A stretch of 62,740 nt of DNA, counting the filler, from Choristocarpus tenellus KU-1152 (Eukaryota; Protista; Phaeophyceae), in the NCBI GenBank assembly GCA_964200185.2. It is 8 parts of 8 records of this genome, joined end to end, with 100 filler letters (N's around TTAATTAATTAA, not from the genome) between each part and the next. Parts side by side here need not be neighbours in the genome. Positions count along the whole stretch, not along the records: positions 7,638 to 34,349 come from CAXNAD020000164.1; positions 34,450 to 40,908 come from CAXNAD020008097.1; 6 more parts are not named here. One strand, given 5' to 3'. The position numbers were made by a program, and so were the translations under genes. The notes below the pieces were generated by a model. The model saw nothing but the letters and a program-made list of their open reading frames with translations. It searched no databases and was not told where the DNA came from. This document shows, one piece after another, positions 26,601 to 39,629 of the stretch (its first letter is position 1; each line of letters begins with the position of its first letter).

Positions 26601-29564
26601 CTCTTGATTGTAGTATACTTTGGATTTTTTTTTAAGGTTACTTATTTTTACAAAATCGAAAACGATGAACACTCAGGGAGGGAGTTTTTGGACTGAGAAC
26701 GTAAGGTCTGTCTCAAATGTCAGATGGCCCTCTAAATGTTTTTTTATCTGAATCACATTCCCTTGCTTGAATCGCACACGTTCCCACCCCCAAGTTGATG
26801 GCTCACCACCCTCTTACCTCCTGTGCCCCAATGCCCATGCTGTTCCCTCGGACTCTATCCTCCAACCCACCATCATCCTAACTGAGCAGACTTTGCCCCT
26901 AAGCTGGGATGGCATGATACCCTCTGCTACCTTACGATCCCATTGATTCTTGTGATCACACAGTCTCTTTCCATGCAGCTCATGCAGCCAGCGAAGGACC
27001 CCAATGCTCCTGTAGATGAGGCCCAGGCAGCTTCACAGAACGTGAGAGTACTGTCCAACAGCTACATACGGGTGTTCTTTCTTATGAAGCGGCTCTCTTT
27101 TTTTAGTGCATTGTGTGGGAGTTATGAAGGTGGGTATGGAAGCCAAAAGATGAGAGTCTCGGTTGTTACAGAGCCTTGTTGATGACTCCTTGCAATGATA
27201 TTCGATGTCTTCCCCAACTCTGATGATGCTGTGGGTTTTATTTATTTTCTGTCTGGGTGGTGTGTGTGAGCTCTTGCTCGCATTGTTTTTGCACTTTCTT
27301 TCCTTTGCAGAAATTAGTATGATAGCATGGATGGAAGACTTTGTGCTTTGTCTGTTGTGCAGAGGGTGTTTACCAAGGCCATGTGAAGTGCACAACTTGA
27401 CACATTGGGTCAGGGCCGCATGATGACTGTCCTGGTCCCCTGATGCTATTTCTTGAGATATAGGGAGAGGCAAGAGAGATGCATCATCCCTGACCAACTA
27501 CAGTTGACCTGTCCCATGGCACTTGAGCGATGGATTCTTCCTCCTCCCTCCCCATGGCCCCTATATCATGGCAGGTATTGAAGTTCCTGCCTCTTCTGAT
27601 TGGATGGTTCTCACTCAATGTACCCGCTGGACTGGGCGTGTACTGGATCGTGAATAACTTTGTGTCTACAGCATCCTCTGTCTACATCAAAAATCAGGTC
27701 AAATCATGAGTACTGTTGTTGTGGAAGGCATAAAATTTCATCTGTGATACTTTGAAATGTGTTGGTGCAGTTGATGATGCCTATCAATTAATTTATTCTT
27801 GTTTGAGGATAAACTGTGAAACCCTCTCATGAGCATTTTGCTCTTCCAGTTGAATATATTAATTGACCGGCGTGTGCGTAATGCCCTGGCAAAGAGGAAG
27901 CCTATACAGCTCTACTCATAAGTGTCCTTTTTTGGTTGAATTTCTTTCCCCCTAACCCTTACTGACTTCCCTGTTGCATGCACTCTGTGTTGCTTGTATG
28001 GGATATGTGATGCCATTATGCTTTAGGTTTCTGGTGAGAAGGGATTGCCAAAGGTATCCTTGCCATTCCAATCGGAGCCAGAACAACCAGTAGCTGTTAC
28101 CACTCCAGTCCCTCGCCCCACTCAGTCGACCAGGTATTGTTCTGTTAACATCCTGTGTATTGATGTGGCATGTTGGGTATGATTTGTGTCCTTGTCTTTG
28201 TACTGTATATTTTAATGTGAACCCCCTTTGTTGACCTGCCTAGAATATGTCATGGGTGTGCATTGAAAGGACGCCTGGTTGTTTCTGGCAGGGAGAGGAG
28301 GGGGGACAAGATGTGACTAGTACTGATCTCTTTCATTGACACGAGTCAGTTGTGTTGTTAATTGAATATGTGCTTTGCGTACCCTACCTTCAGTCATGAT
28401 TGTTGTGTCTGCCCTTTTTTACAAGGCGCTCTCACTAAGAAAATTCTTGTTATTTTATTTTATTTTCCAGTGCTGCTTCGGAGGCTCCGCAGGGGTTTGG
28501 AAACATGGTAAAGGACAATGAGGTGGAAGGACAGATTATCATGGGGGATGGAACAGAGGTGCCTGTCTCTGATGTGACTGCACCCACCCCACCACCTACT
28601 CCTAAACAGCCAAAGGTGAGCATCACAAGGTCATGTATTGGCAAGAGACATTACATGCCATCCCATCCCCCCCAGAATTTTTTCTGCTAACCCCTTGCGG
28701 AACAGTTAGGTGACTAGGAAAGTGGGGACTGTTGTAGTGGTGATAAAGGCAAGGTGCTTAGGGTGTATTACACACTTTTTTGGTGCTATTTAAAGGGGGC
28801 ACCTTCCAAACGCCTTGTTTCTCATTCCCTTTCATATTTTCTGCATCCCTTGTGCATTTGGGTTGCTAGACATGTGGTGATGAAGACACTCCTTTTCATG
28901 TTGCAATTTTTCAATCCTTTCCATATCAGGGGAATTCTTGTCTGGAGTGTAGTTCTTGCAGAGTGTTTTTCCAGCAGACCGTCGCTGTCCAAAGTGTCCT
29001 GCTGTCTGGGGGATACCCTCTTCTTTTTTTTTACTCTTTGTATATCCACAAAATGTGAACATTCTGATTTATGTACCACCTTTTTGATACGGCAACCAAT
29101 ATACCCACGTGTAGACACCTGCCCCCTCATGCCAAATCCAAAGTTAGAACACCAATCAGTCACATAAAGCCCAAGAAAATACTGCCCCATATGTGTGCAT
29201 ATATGATGTATAGAAGGAATCTACATACCTGTCCCCTTATTCTGTGGCCCTCTGCCCTAGCCCTTGCCATTTCCGATGCGCAAAACCGTGTAACTGCCGA
29301 GATACACAAGGTTTGTTGCATGCATATGTGTAGCATTTGATTCGCTTGATTCTGGCTAATCTTAGAAGTCAAGGGCGTCACCCCGATTAACATTGCATTC
29401 CTCACCACAGTGCCCCGTGTAGTAGTGATTGAGGTAGGCAAATTACAGTCCATGTGCCCTTACTCACAGTTCTCTTTTTTGTAACTTCCTGTTGGTATGT
29501 TTTTTGGTATTTGAAGTCGTCCAAGAAGTCATGGAAGAAAAAGAAGAAGGGGAGGAAGTCATAA
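20695..29564 (+). CDS. ALB3: Thylakoid membrane insertase ALB3 (YidC/Oxa1/Alb3 family), 463 aa; exons 20695-20736, 20887-20938, 21128-21196, 21442-21522, 23240-23541, 24481-24626, 25860-25984, 26890-27041, 27575-27697, 28027-28133, 28471-28615, 29517-29564
   Basis: Twelve phase-consistent GT-AG exons (1392 nt). Presequence MAPALNSFAAAWTVATCGVAAA-FVP. Family motifs YGLSIIMFTLFVKGITFPL, MQALAPKVKELQ, NPLAGCLPAIAQIPIFISLYR, FLWIPSLEGP and VPAGLGVYWIVNN. Lys-rich C-terminal tail. Confidence 0.93.
25022..25057. repeat. (AACAT)n microsatellite in an ALB3 intron
   Basis: About 7 tandem pentamers. Confidence 0.9.
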
Positions 29565-31199
29565 AACACCCTCGTGATGTCTAGTCCATACCAGCTCCTA
29601 CACACAGCCTACAGGGCCTGCTCCCAGTTTCGGGGAGGAACAAGTGGTGGTCAAATGCCCTGTGGTCCTGATCTTAAGTGTGTGCTCTGAGGTTACTCTT
29701 ACCGGCAAGAAGTGGGGGATGTATAAAAGCCTGCCCAAGGTGGATGGTCATCTGTTAAGGAGGGCACATTCTAAACAGTAGAGAGGGTTGGGGGAGCTTG
29801 TCCACAGGAGAGGAGTGCAGGGAGGGTGAGTTTGAGGTTATCCTACAACTGTTCTAGCTGTAAGGGTACACCTTTTTGACTGCATTGTCTCTGGGGTGTG
29901 TGCACGCTTGTGTTGGTTGGACTCTCTGAGAGGCGACAATGGCATTTTGTGTGGGTATGCGGGCATGGTTTATTTCGAACTATAAGAATAGAAAAAAGTA
30001 ATCGTGGTCTGGTCTGGACAACCATAGTAGGTAGAGTAGTTGTCATTTGGTGTCTTCTGGTTTGACACTGCCTGCTGGCTGTATAGCAGGAGACTTATTT
30101 TACGCAGCTCCCAGAGGACAGCTGCTGTGGACGGAACCAGGGGAGGGGGGAAATCCTTTGGTTGTTGTGACTGCTGCAGTGGAGAAAAATTCTCCTCATT
30201 ATCTCTCACTTGCACAGGGGCAACAATAGAGTGGCAAGTGGGAGTTACCGTTGTGGGTGCTGGCATGCATGAATATATAACTATGTAACAGGAGAGGAGT
30301 TGGCTTAATTGTATTGGTGGGGTCTGCGGAACTATCAGATAGAAGCAAGGTCAAGATACAGCAACAATGATTCATGCGTTGATGGCACGCAGTGTTTCCT
30401 CTACATCTATCTCCTTTTTCGGTCCTTTTTCCTGAGGTGTAGGTGACCCTGCAGTAGATATTGCTTTTGACACCTACCGCTTACTGCAGAGAACCTCATT
30501 TGTCTTCATCATCCAAATGAAAAATTCACACACGTGTATTTGTATTTTGGTGGAGGTGGGTGGCTGACTGAGCTAAATGCTGAAATGAGGTTCCTCTGTG
30601 TTGGTCTGGGTGCCTTTTTACCTTGATTGTTTATACAGTACTGCAAAATGACACTTTTGTAGGACAGCACTAGAAAAAATTCAAATAGATACTTGTGCAC
30701 TGCATCCAGTCTATATTATACCATCATACTGCAGTTGTAATCCGGTTAGTGGTATTGATATATGTCAATATAGATAGGACAATACTATGAATGGGTATCA
30801 CCCTCGCTTTATCGTGGAGGGCTCATTCATTTGCAGTCCAAAAACATTTATAGCACTTTTGATTGTGGATCTTGATTGGGCAGGGAAAGCTTGCGATCTA
30901 TCACAGATCATATTTTCTGTTGCTACAGTTGTGATGGATGGTAGCAATATGAAAGGTATGTAACCTGTGCTTCCTACTTTCTTTGAAGAGGGTGTTGTCC
31001 ACTATTGTTCTGCCTTTTTTGTTGCTAATCTTGCATTCGTTTTTTGGGGGTGACAGTTCGTTGTCTTTTCGGGTTCTCTGGGTTCTACTCTGCTGCAAAT
31101 TAAATTGAAACCCTAATGAGTTGAACCAACTGTAAGACAAGCAGCGAGGCATTTTAAGGATTCCCGAGAAAGGGCGAAGATATGTCGGTTTGTACAATT

Positions 31200-31283
31200 G
31201 CAGAAAGAACATTTAACTGTTGTGGCGCTCTGGTGAAAAAAAATACGATTGCCACAGAGGGCGAAGCTACTGGTACCACCTTA
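31200..31283 (-). mobile_element. Terminal fragment of TIR transposon family C
   Basis: Ends CAGAGGGCGAAGCTACTGGTACCACCTT (the TIR). Its sub-terminal sequence is homologous to 58855-58915. Confidence 0.6.
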
Positions 31284-32559
31284 GGAGCACAATACTTGTT
31301 GACCATTTAACATCTAGAACTTGATACAGAAAACCCTGCATAGTTGCAACGTTGGTAAGCGTTTTCTGAAGCAAATGAGGTGATGAGTCATACACGGTTG
31401 ACCAGTTCCGGTCCGACCCACCTTCCTCTATCTGGCATCAAGTCTCTTCTGAGTCACCAGTCATCACAATAACAGCGAAGAAGCACTGCATAGATAGCCA
31501 GGCATAATAGTATATGTAGTTGACCTAGGCTTCCCAAGCATGACTAGGTTAGGACTAAAAAGGCTTTATGGTAGTGTTTTTGTCGATTTTGGCAGTGAAA
31601 ATACTGAACATGGAAAAAAAAGGGATAATTCTCTTTGAACTATTTCTAAACTCTGACATTCTAAAATAAATGTAGAGAAAATAAAGACTATTGGACAAGA
31701 GGTTTTCAATAACTGGAATAGGTCTTTCGTTCCCAACTGGGATGTTTTGGGAAGGATGATAATCGTGTTGATATTACTATAGTAGTGATTTTTTTCGGAA
31801 CAGGAACACATTATTTTAATCGGTTGTCATTTAATTTTTTTTGTCACATGTATATGATCTAATACACCAGTCACCCAACAAAAAAATGGGGCAGGTATAG
31901 TAAGACAATAACTAATTATGGTCTTTATTAAGGCACTTTACCTGGAATAAAATGCCAACAATGTTTTGCTGATCGTTTAGCATGTAGAAGAATCTCCATG
32001 TCTTATGTATTAGGGCACAATCTACGTGATAAAGTCTCTGGATAAGACTTAGTTGCCAAATAGATTGGGAGGCGTGCAAAGGTTGAGATGGTAGGCTGTT
32101 ATGACTGTGGGGGATCAGTGCAAAGTTGACTGAGCCGCATTTGATAGGGATCAAAAAACCTCGTGAAGCTGTCAAAGCGGGTGTTTGTTGGGATGACTAG
32201 GGTGAAGACTCCCCAAAGTTTGAGCGATTCACTCTTCCCGTCATCACTTGGCGGTCCCAATTGTTCAGCCCAGAAGTCTGTCCAGTGTCCAGAATCTAAC
32301 ACACCAGTGAAAACCCATGTGGGGGCAAAATACCTCATGGGGAGAGGAGAGGGTGCAAGATTCTAATGTCTGGGGGGATGGCGGTGGCCATCGTAGCGGA
32401 CTTCAGAATTTCCTGAAGTACCATCATGATGAGAAGGAGTATGACAGCCAGTTCTGACAAGGTGAATGCATGGACCTTGCCTGACGTCGTAAGGAGTGAT
32501 GAGGCCACCATACAAGTATCCTTGACGTTTGGGATGTCCCATCAGTACACCGCACATCT

Positions 32560-33706
32560 TCCCACAAATGGGCAGCCAAAGCTTGGGTCTTCCTTGCCTC
32601 GTTGTGGGATCTGTGCAAGCACAAGAAGGTGAAGAGGATCAAGCAGTGGATTTTGCCCTTCCTTTCAGACCAGCAAAAAGTCAACAGGGTGGGTTTCGTC
32701 ATCATCAGTCACACACACAGGAGGGGGGGAAGTGAGGTATTAGTGGACGATCTCTATGACTGGGTGCATGTGGACGAGACGTGATCTTACATCCTTGAAG
32801 ATAGGCAAAGTATGTATCTGTACCCCACTGAGGAGCCCCCCAATCCTCCACGGACACAGAATAATAAGCGTTACATTACGAAGGTGATGTTTCTTGCAGC
32901 TGTAGCCCGCCCTCCTAGGAAACTCTTCAACTAGTGTGGTTCTATGGGAAAGTAGGGATCTGGTCAATCGTGGGCACTAAGGTCGCACAGCGCTCCAGCA
33001 AACATCGCCCCAAGGGCACTAAGATGGTTATGCCAGCCATGGTGGACGGAGATGGCTATAAGAAGCTCATGATCGAAGATGCCATCCCAGCAATCAAGAC
33101 CTACATGCCTAAGCCAGAAGGGCACACCATCTTCGTGCGGAAGGATGGGGCAAAGCCACACACCAAGGGGGGGGATCATGGGGGCAATGGAGGAGGCAGC
33201 AGGGGAGGACATTGTCATGGAGACCCAGTCAGCCAACTCACCTGACCTCAACTTCAACGACCTGGGATTCTTTCATTCCATCCAGCAACTGAAGGAAGAT
33301 CTGAGGGTGACCTACACAGAGGCGCTGGTGGACCCCACAATGGAGGGGCTGGATGTGTAACCTCGGGACATGCTAGGGAACATCTGGCAGAGCCTCTTAG
33401 CAGTCTATGGTGAAGTACCGGGGTCCAAGGGTAACAATTTCTTCAAAATTGCCAATTTTAGAAAGGAAAAGACTGACAAGACAGGCAAGCCCCCGTATGC
33501 CCCAATGAATGAATGGATGCGGCGAAATGCTGTGATGGAATGGAGTTTTGGAGGGCTTCGGGGCTGAAATCATAGATACGTGTAAGCTTCCCTATTTTGC
33601 TTGAGATCTTGATGGGCAACCCTTCTTCTAGTGTGAAGAAAAATATTGCTTTTTCATTGATTGGGGCTGCAAAAATGATGTTACATTTCATTCCGAACGG
33701 AGAAAG
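32560..33706 (+). mobile_element. Degenerate mariner-like element (plant-type/Stowaway-related clade), catalytic domain plus right TIR
   Basis: Frameshifted motifs WVHVDE, KVMFLAAVARP, GKVGIW, AQRSSKHRPKGT, DGAKPH and QSANSPDLNFNDLGFF. Ends CATTCCGAACGGAGAAAG|TA (Stowaway-like TIR with TA). Left end not found. Confidence 0.9.
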
Positions 33707-33715
33707 TACTATGTA

Positions 33716-34349
33716 CTACCTCTGTGCCATAAGTTTGTGCCGCAAAACACCTGGGCTCGCCGAGCGAGAACGGCGCCGAATCGCACGATAACCCCACAGA
33801 ATGAAATCGGGTTAGCAATCTCAGCTTTCAGAAAAGGTGCGGATGGAAGATCATCAAGTACAAACTTGAGGTGCTTCAAGCCGTCAAAGTAGGGGTCTTT
33901 GTGGTGATTTTGAGGCCAGAACTGGGCACGTCGAGGGTGAGAATGTCGGCATGGAAACCCCCCCGTCAACCCTCCCGCGTAGGAAGGGTGCCCAAGTGTC
34001 CCTGAATACCAGGGTTGCGCTTATAGTGCGGCACACCTTCGCAATGGTCCCTGGCGAGCATAAACTGCTGCGACATGTTGGGCCGGCCCTCGCAACAGAG
34101 TTTGGAGTGTCCGAGCGTTACATGCGAGGGCTCTTGGGAGGACGTCGCTGATCAGCTCACCCATGGCCACACGCTTGACCTAGGGGTGGCGGCACGTAAT
34201 GGGCGGCCTTCGGAGCTCACACCAACCAAGATGGCCGCAATACATAGTATCAACTCCAATAATCGGTCATCCACACTGCATCAGGTGACAATGAAGATGG
34301 CCGCCAAGGGGCTGAATTATAGCACAAGGACCATAAACAGGTGGTTGGA
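33716..34349 (+). mobile_element. Second mariner-like element, left TIR plus N-terminal HTH region, cut by the spacer
   Basis: TA|CTACCTCTGTGCCATAA terminus. Frameshifted ORF ...ALATEFGVSERYMRGL...NGRPSELTP...YSTRTINRWL, typical of Tc1/mariner DNA-binding regions. Confidence 0.75.
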
Positions 34350-35241
34350 NNNNNNNNNNNNNNNNNNNNNNNNNNNNNNNNNNNNNNNNNNNNTTAATTA
34401 ATTAANNNNNNNNNNNNNNNNNNNNNNNNNNNNNNNNNNNNNNNNNNNNTTTTTTCATATTCAAACAAACAAAAAAAAAACCAACAAAAACAAATTCTCT
34501 TCCCCCCCCCCCCCCCCCCCCCTTGAAACTCTTTGACCGTATTTTATATAATTGTGATCTCTTCTCTGAGTGGGAAAAAAAACTAAGCAGAAGTCTCTAC
34601 CCACTTCTACTTAACAAAAACCTCCCTCTTTTTTGCCCATTATATATCCACCCTATCAGGATTATTTTGATGCTTACAGACTGTTTTCGCCTTTCCGGTT
34701 TGATAGATGCATAGTGCCTCGGCCCAAGAAACAACTAAGATCCACCCTTAGAAGAGGTGAGGGTGTTTAGAAAAACAGGTGTGACACTGAAATGAAGGGA
34801 AAAAATTTGCCAGCCCCCCTTCTCCCAACAGAGGACAAAGAAACAGCAATCAGGCCTATCGGGTCTGTTTAGTATGGCCTTTCCTTCAAAAGCAAGCAAC
34901 CCACAATGCACCCACAATTGCCTCAACTTGTGCACTGGCACGTTGAGAGGGTTGAACTATCTTGTAAGCACAGTCTACTACTGTTCAGTATCCACACTTT
35001 GAACTGCACGGTGTGAGTACTCAGGACTGTTGTTGGGAGCACCCACTTCGCTCCGCACTCAACGGGACAGATGTGCCCATGTATGTATGTCTGGGGAAGA
35101 ACAGTAGTTCAGGTTATCAGGGGGATTGCTTTCACTCGAAAGCTTGACAGGAGTGGGATCATTCGCTTCTGAACCCGGCAGTCAAGAGGTCTGCTTTATA
35201 CCAAGCGACTGAAGACTGAGACAGGTAGAAAACTTTGATAC

Positions 35242-36929
35242 CTTGGCATTGTGTTCTCGAACAGTCTTGTCTGTTGTGAGGCGTACACCGATGTCCCAAG
35301 CCTGGCAGCCGAGTACCTCCATCACAGCCCGAAGCTTTGTCATTCAAATCAGGCAATTATCAATGGGTTAAGATCGGGGGGTGCGGGGTGGGGGGTGGGG
35401 GGGTAGGTGGAAGCGATAGGATTGAATAATGGTTAAAGAAAAATATGAACCAAGTCCTAGGGGTAGTACCATAGAAAAATTTAGGTTGCCCAATTATGGG
35501 AATCATGCCTCTTCCGGTTGCGGATAGAAATAGAGCATGGCAACATTGAGGGGCTGGAGTGGAGTCAAGGTCTTTCACAGACTTCAAAGAGTTCATGCAG
35601 GCAGGTTTCTAACCTTGTATGTTTAACCGAAGTCTTCTTGTTACTCCTCACAAAGAGAGGGGTTGAGTCCCTCCTGCAACATCCTTCAAGTTGTATATGG
35701 TGCTTTGAAGAATGTGCCTTGACTTAGTTTCACATTAAAAATTCTCAGCCTACATAGCTTCTTCCACAGGTGTACCTGAACTCACTCAACATCCACAGAG
35801 TGAAGCATAAGAACAAGGGTCTATCCACTCCACCATCACTGTAACTTTCCTTCCGCTGGCTATGATGATTGAATATGCAGTACAGTGACCACCTCACACT
35901 TAACCACAATAGGAATTGAAAACCGGCCTAACCCCCAAGAGGTTCCTCACATATCCCTACAAAATATTGGCATCAGCATTGGCATAGGGTTAGTATTGCC
36001 ACACGTGGTCTTATCCTGACCTCCTCCTCCAGCTGTTTGGTGTTGATCTTGTACTTCCTTTGAGAGTTTTCTACTTCCACTCTACCACACCTGCGATGAA
36101 GCTCCTCTTGTACATCTTGCGGGCTTTCATCGCCCTATGTTACAGCATCAAACGAACAGGAGTTGAAATAGAGATGGACGTTGGGCAAGGCAATTGTGTG
36201 GGCGTGAGGTATATAGTAGTTGACCTCTGGAAGTGGAAGGTCGAAAAGAATTCAAAATAATACTTGCAGGAATGAAGAAATCATCAGGACAAGCTCGAGA
36301 GGGCCACTGCCTAGTTGTCACCTGACTCTCCACCTTTGCAGCGTGCCAAAAATAATGTCCGAAGGAAAAGATAATACTAGCTAAACTAAAGTCTGTCATT
36401 ACGCAGCAGTGTAGGAGACTCTCACCAGCCACACGACCTCAGCATCTTCATCATGCAGGAATGTCCAGTCGGCACCGTTCATTTCCCCTTCATACTCTTC
36501 TTCCTCCTCTTCATCAGCCTCAACCGGGGACAAATACTTGTCAAAGTTGGATTCGTCGATGCTTGACCTCTTCTCCTGCCCTTCAGACAATGCCGATGAA
36601 CTTGCAGCACGCAGTCCAGAACCCTTTATCATGTATCGACTCATCAACCCCCATTCATATTTACAGCCTCTATCCATGAAAGAAATCGAGGCATACCCTG
36701 ACCGAGCAACATCGCGTAATAATGTGCGAGCAACTCGTCTCTGTCTTCTCGAGAATGCGCCTTCAACCCACCCAGTTCCACACCAACAAGTAGTCGAATA
36801 GGATGAGAAGGGTTCACGTCGAACCGAACATCGCCCTCCCCATGATCCCACTGCAAAAGCCAAGTTGGCACTTGGAGCCAAAGCACGATAGCAACCCCTC
36901 ATCCACAGCGCAGTTGTCGCGAGTGCCAT
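35242..36929 (-). CDS. YBEY: YbeY endoribonuclease, 5' part; exons 36929-36426, 36134-36021, 35334-35242
   Basis: Three phase-0 exons. An Arg-rich organellar-type leader and an acidic linker precede VEVENSQRKYKINTKQLEEELRAVMEVLGCQAWDIGVRLTTDKTVREHNAK, matching the YbeY N-terminal half just before YRG..TDILSFP. The catalytic HGxxHLxGYDH exon is not in this contig. Confidence 0.7.
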
Positions 36930-39361
36930 CGCAATGGATTGAGACGCTGCTTCTGGGTGAGGTACTAGTCCAAGCCTTACATCCAAGCAGGGAAATCGAA
37001 TATCTCGCAAAATCAACGTAGAAGACACTGAGGCAGAGGGGATGGGCTCCTTTTTTGAGGACAGGAAGACAACGAAACAGGGACCTTAACATACCTCGAT
37101 CCACAACACCAATACGAACGCCTACCCAAGGAATATATGTATTTTAGATGCCTTTCAATTAGTGTATCGTAGTGAGTTGTGAGTGAGAAAGTGACTCTAT
37201 TTCAAGTGCTTTCAATTAATACACATATCTTTCACATTACTACACATTATCATAATTGTATGAAAAAATGTGTGGGATAGTATACCTAACTCACATTATG
37301 GTATGTATGTAATACTAATACGGGACATCTTCTTGCCTGCTCTATTGAATTGGAAGACAAATGGAACCTGTCCAGACAGGATTTGTATCCAGGCTGTGAG
37401 AGTTAGGTTGGTCTTGTAGTTACATGATCACATGATCTTTTACAAGGGTTGTTGGCGTGGAAGGAGTTGTTGATATTGTATCGTTTGCCATATCTCCACT
37501 GCCTTAAGAGACCCGAAAAATTGGGATCAAGGTCATTGAATCCCCACAGACCAATTAGACGAGGTGAAGGTTGCCTGTTAAAGGAGAGGGACCTACATCA
37601 CAAGCGACGTCATGGAGAACGCAATTGCCATGGTCGGCGTCTTACGCAAGAAGGCAGGACTGTTGCGCAAGAAGGAAGCTAGGTCAGAGATGTATAATCG
37701 AGTGGTCAAGTCAACCGCGCTCTTGAGTTGTCAGGCCTCCATATTAGATCAAGGTTTCAAGTACTTGTTAAGGGTCCTTATAGGTATATGGAACTCACAC
37801 CTTAGGACCCATGGTGAAAGAGATACAACATAATCTTAAATGATCGAGGAGTGACTAATCTTCGTATCCTAGCCTGAATGTCTTTCAGGTGGTGTTGAAC
37901 CTTAGTCCGTGATCCTGAGATATTACAATGAGGCACGATTTTTTCTCTTCAGGCTTGTGACCGAGGGGTTATCGCTTTGATATTTGGTGGTTGACAGAGC
38001 TTCCCGATAATACATAGCAAATTTTAACACCACTTGTGTAGCTTAAGCAATAAACCGTAGAAGGTTGTAGACCTCGCTCAACCAGAAAGTGAATGAAGTC
38101 GACTTAACAGTGGAAGGGAAGGTAGTGACAGAAGTGTACCACCTTCCCAACATTGATTATTGTGGTTTTTCATGACCATTAGCCCGTGCGTATGGTTACT
38201 GAGATGAACAGGTTCTTCATGCTCACAAACAACGGAGAATTATTCTATGGTAAGGGTGTAAAGGTGGACTATGATGCTTGCAAGTTCTACCTGGCGCTAC
38301 AAGCCTCTACCACCATACTCCTCCCAGGGAATAGCCCAGGTTTGAAGAGTGTGCAGGGTGTGGGTTGGGTTTGTGGTGTTGTATAGGAGGGTGCTCTGTT
38401 TGTATCCGTAGAGGTTGACCGACGTTTCGTCAACCTCAATGAATCATTTTGTGCGCTTATTTGGTTAGAGCTTAACCCACTGAACTTACTCTATGATACA
38501 CGCCCTGACCTTTTCGATCTAGGCACCCGCGCAAAGCCTGTCTGCGTTCTCTCCCAACTATCACGGAGGACCGATACGTACGTAGTAGAATGACACTTAT
38601 CAGGTTGATGGTGAAAAAGGGTCTTCCCAGCAAACAGGAGATATACTTTCAAGACCAATAGTCTGCTGGTTCTGGTAGTGCTTGAGGGATGCATTGTATT
38701 CCTCTCCCTTGCAGTTTTGGCTCCTGTCACATTGTGCCCACCATAGGAGAGTTTATACTTCGTAGGGTGTGTTACACCCAACTCATTCCACATTCTGCGC
38801 ATTGCAATCTACAGTGCCACCCTTCTGTGCTTGCCATGGCTGAATACTGACCAGCTGTTTCATAAGATTGACCCCACCCTCACTCCTGCAGGGGATCCAC
38901 TATCTCTCACAATCCGAATAGCTTTTCGAGGAAAGCCTGCCATGGATCTGGATGCACAAAAGTGAGTTGCATTTTTTTCTTGTGATCTGTTGCGATGTCC
39001 CCTTCTACCTTGCCACCAAGAAATATCTTCTTGTTGCTCCTCTGCTGAAAGTGCCACTTCACCAAACAAGTGCCACATTTCCCTCCCCCCACAATATATG
39101 TCCGTAACTGTTAAACATAGGCATAGGTGACAGGCTCTAAACTTGGTTCAGTTCCCTAGGACCATATTTTCTTGCACACTCACTCCTTGATTCTACCTTT
39201 GTTGAACACATCTGGACTCCTCCCCCCCCATTTTTAGTGGTGTTCTTGACACACAAACAGGAAAAGAATCTCAGTTGCTATCAGCTAGTAGGATGAAATT
39301 GAGTGTCCTAGTCAATAAATCTCACCTCCCCCCCTCTTTTTTATCCTTGAAGACCACTCAC

Positions 39362-39363
<2 letters not shown>

Positions 39364-39411
<48 letters not shown>
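39364..39411. repeat. (CA)n microsatellite
   Basis: About 24 CA units. Confidence 0.95.
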
Positions 39412-39416
<5 letters not shown>

Positions 39417-39586
39417 TCTGCTTTTGTGTGTGATGGTGGATGCCCTGGACCTTCAGTGAGGAGGAGAAGCGTATGTGGGCTGAGGCAATGATGGAGGTTG
39501 TTGAACTGTTGAAGGAAATCAATGGTGACATGGCTGTGGCAATGCCCCGACCCCTCTACCCATGTATGTTCATCGATAACGACATA

Positions 39587-39629
39587 TATCTTGACACATA
39601 TCTTGACATGTATCTTGACATGTATCTTG
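39587..39629. repeat. 12-bp tandem repeat TATCTTGACA(CA/TG), ~3.5 copies
   Basis: Seen directly in the sequence. Confidence 0.8.

Noticed and set aside
30372-30473. Last exon of YbeY (VSKAISTAG...)
   Set aside because: It lacks the HGxxHLxGYDH motif and lies across a spacer. It could be a terminal exon of another gene, but this is unsupported.
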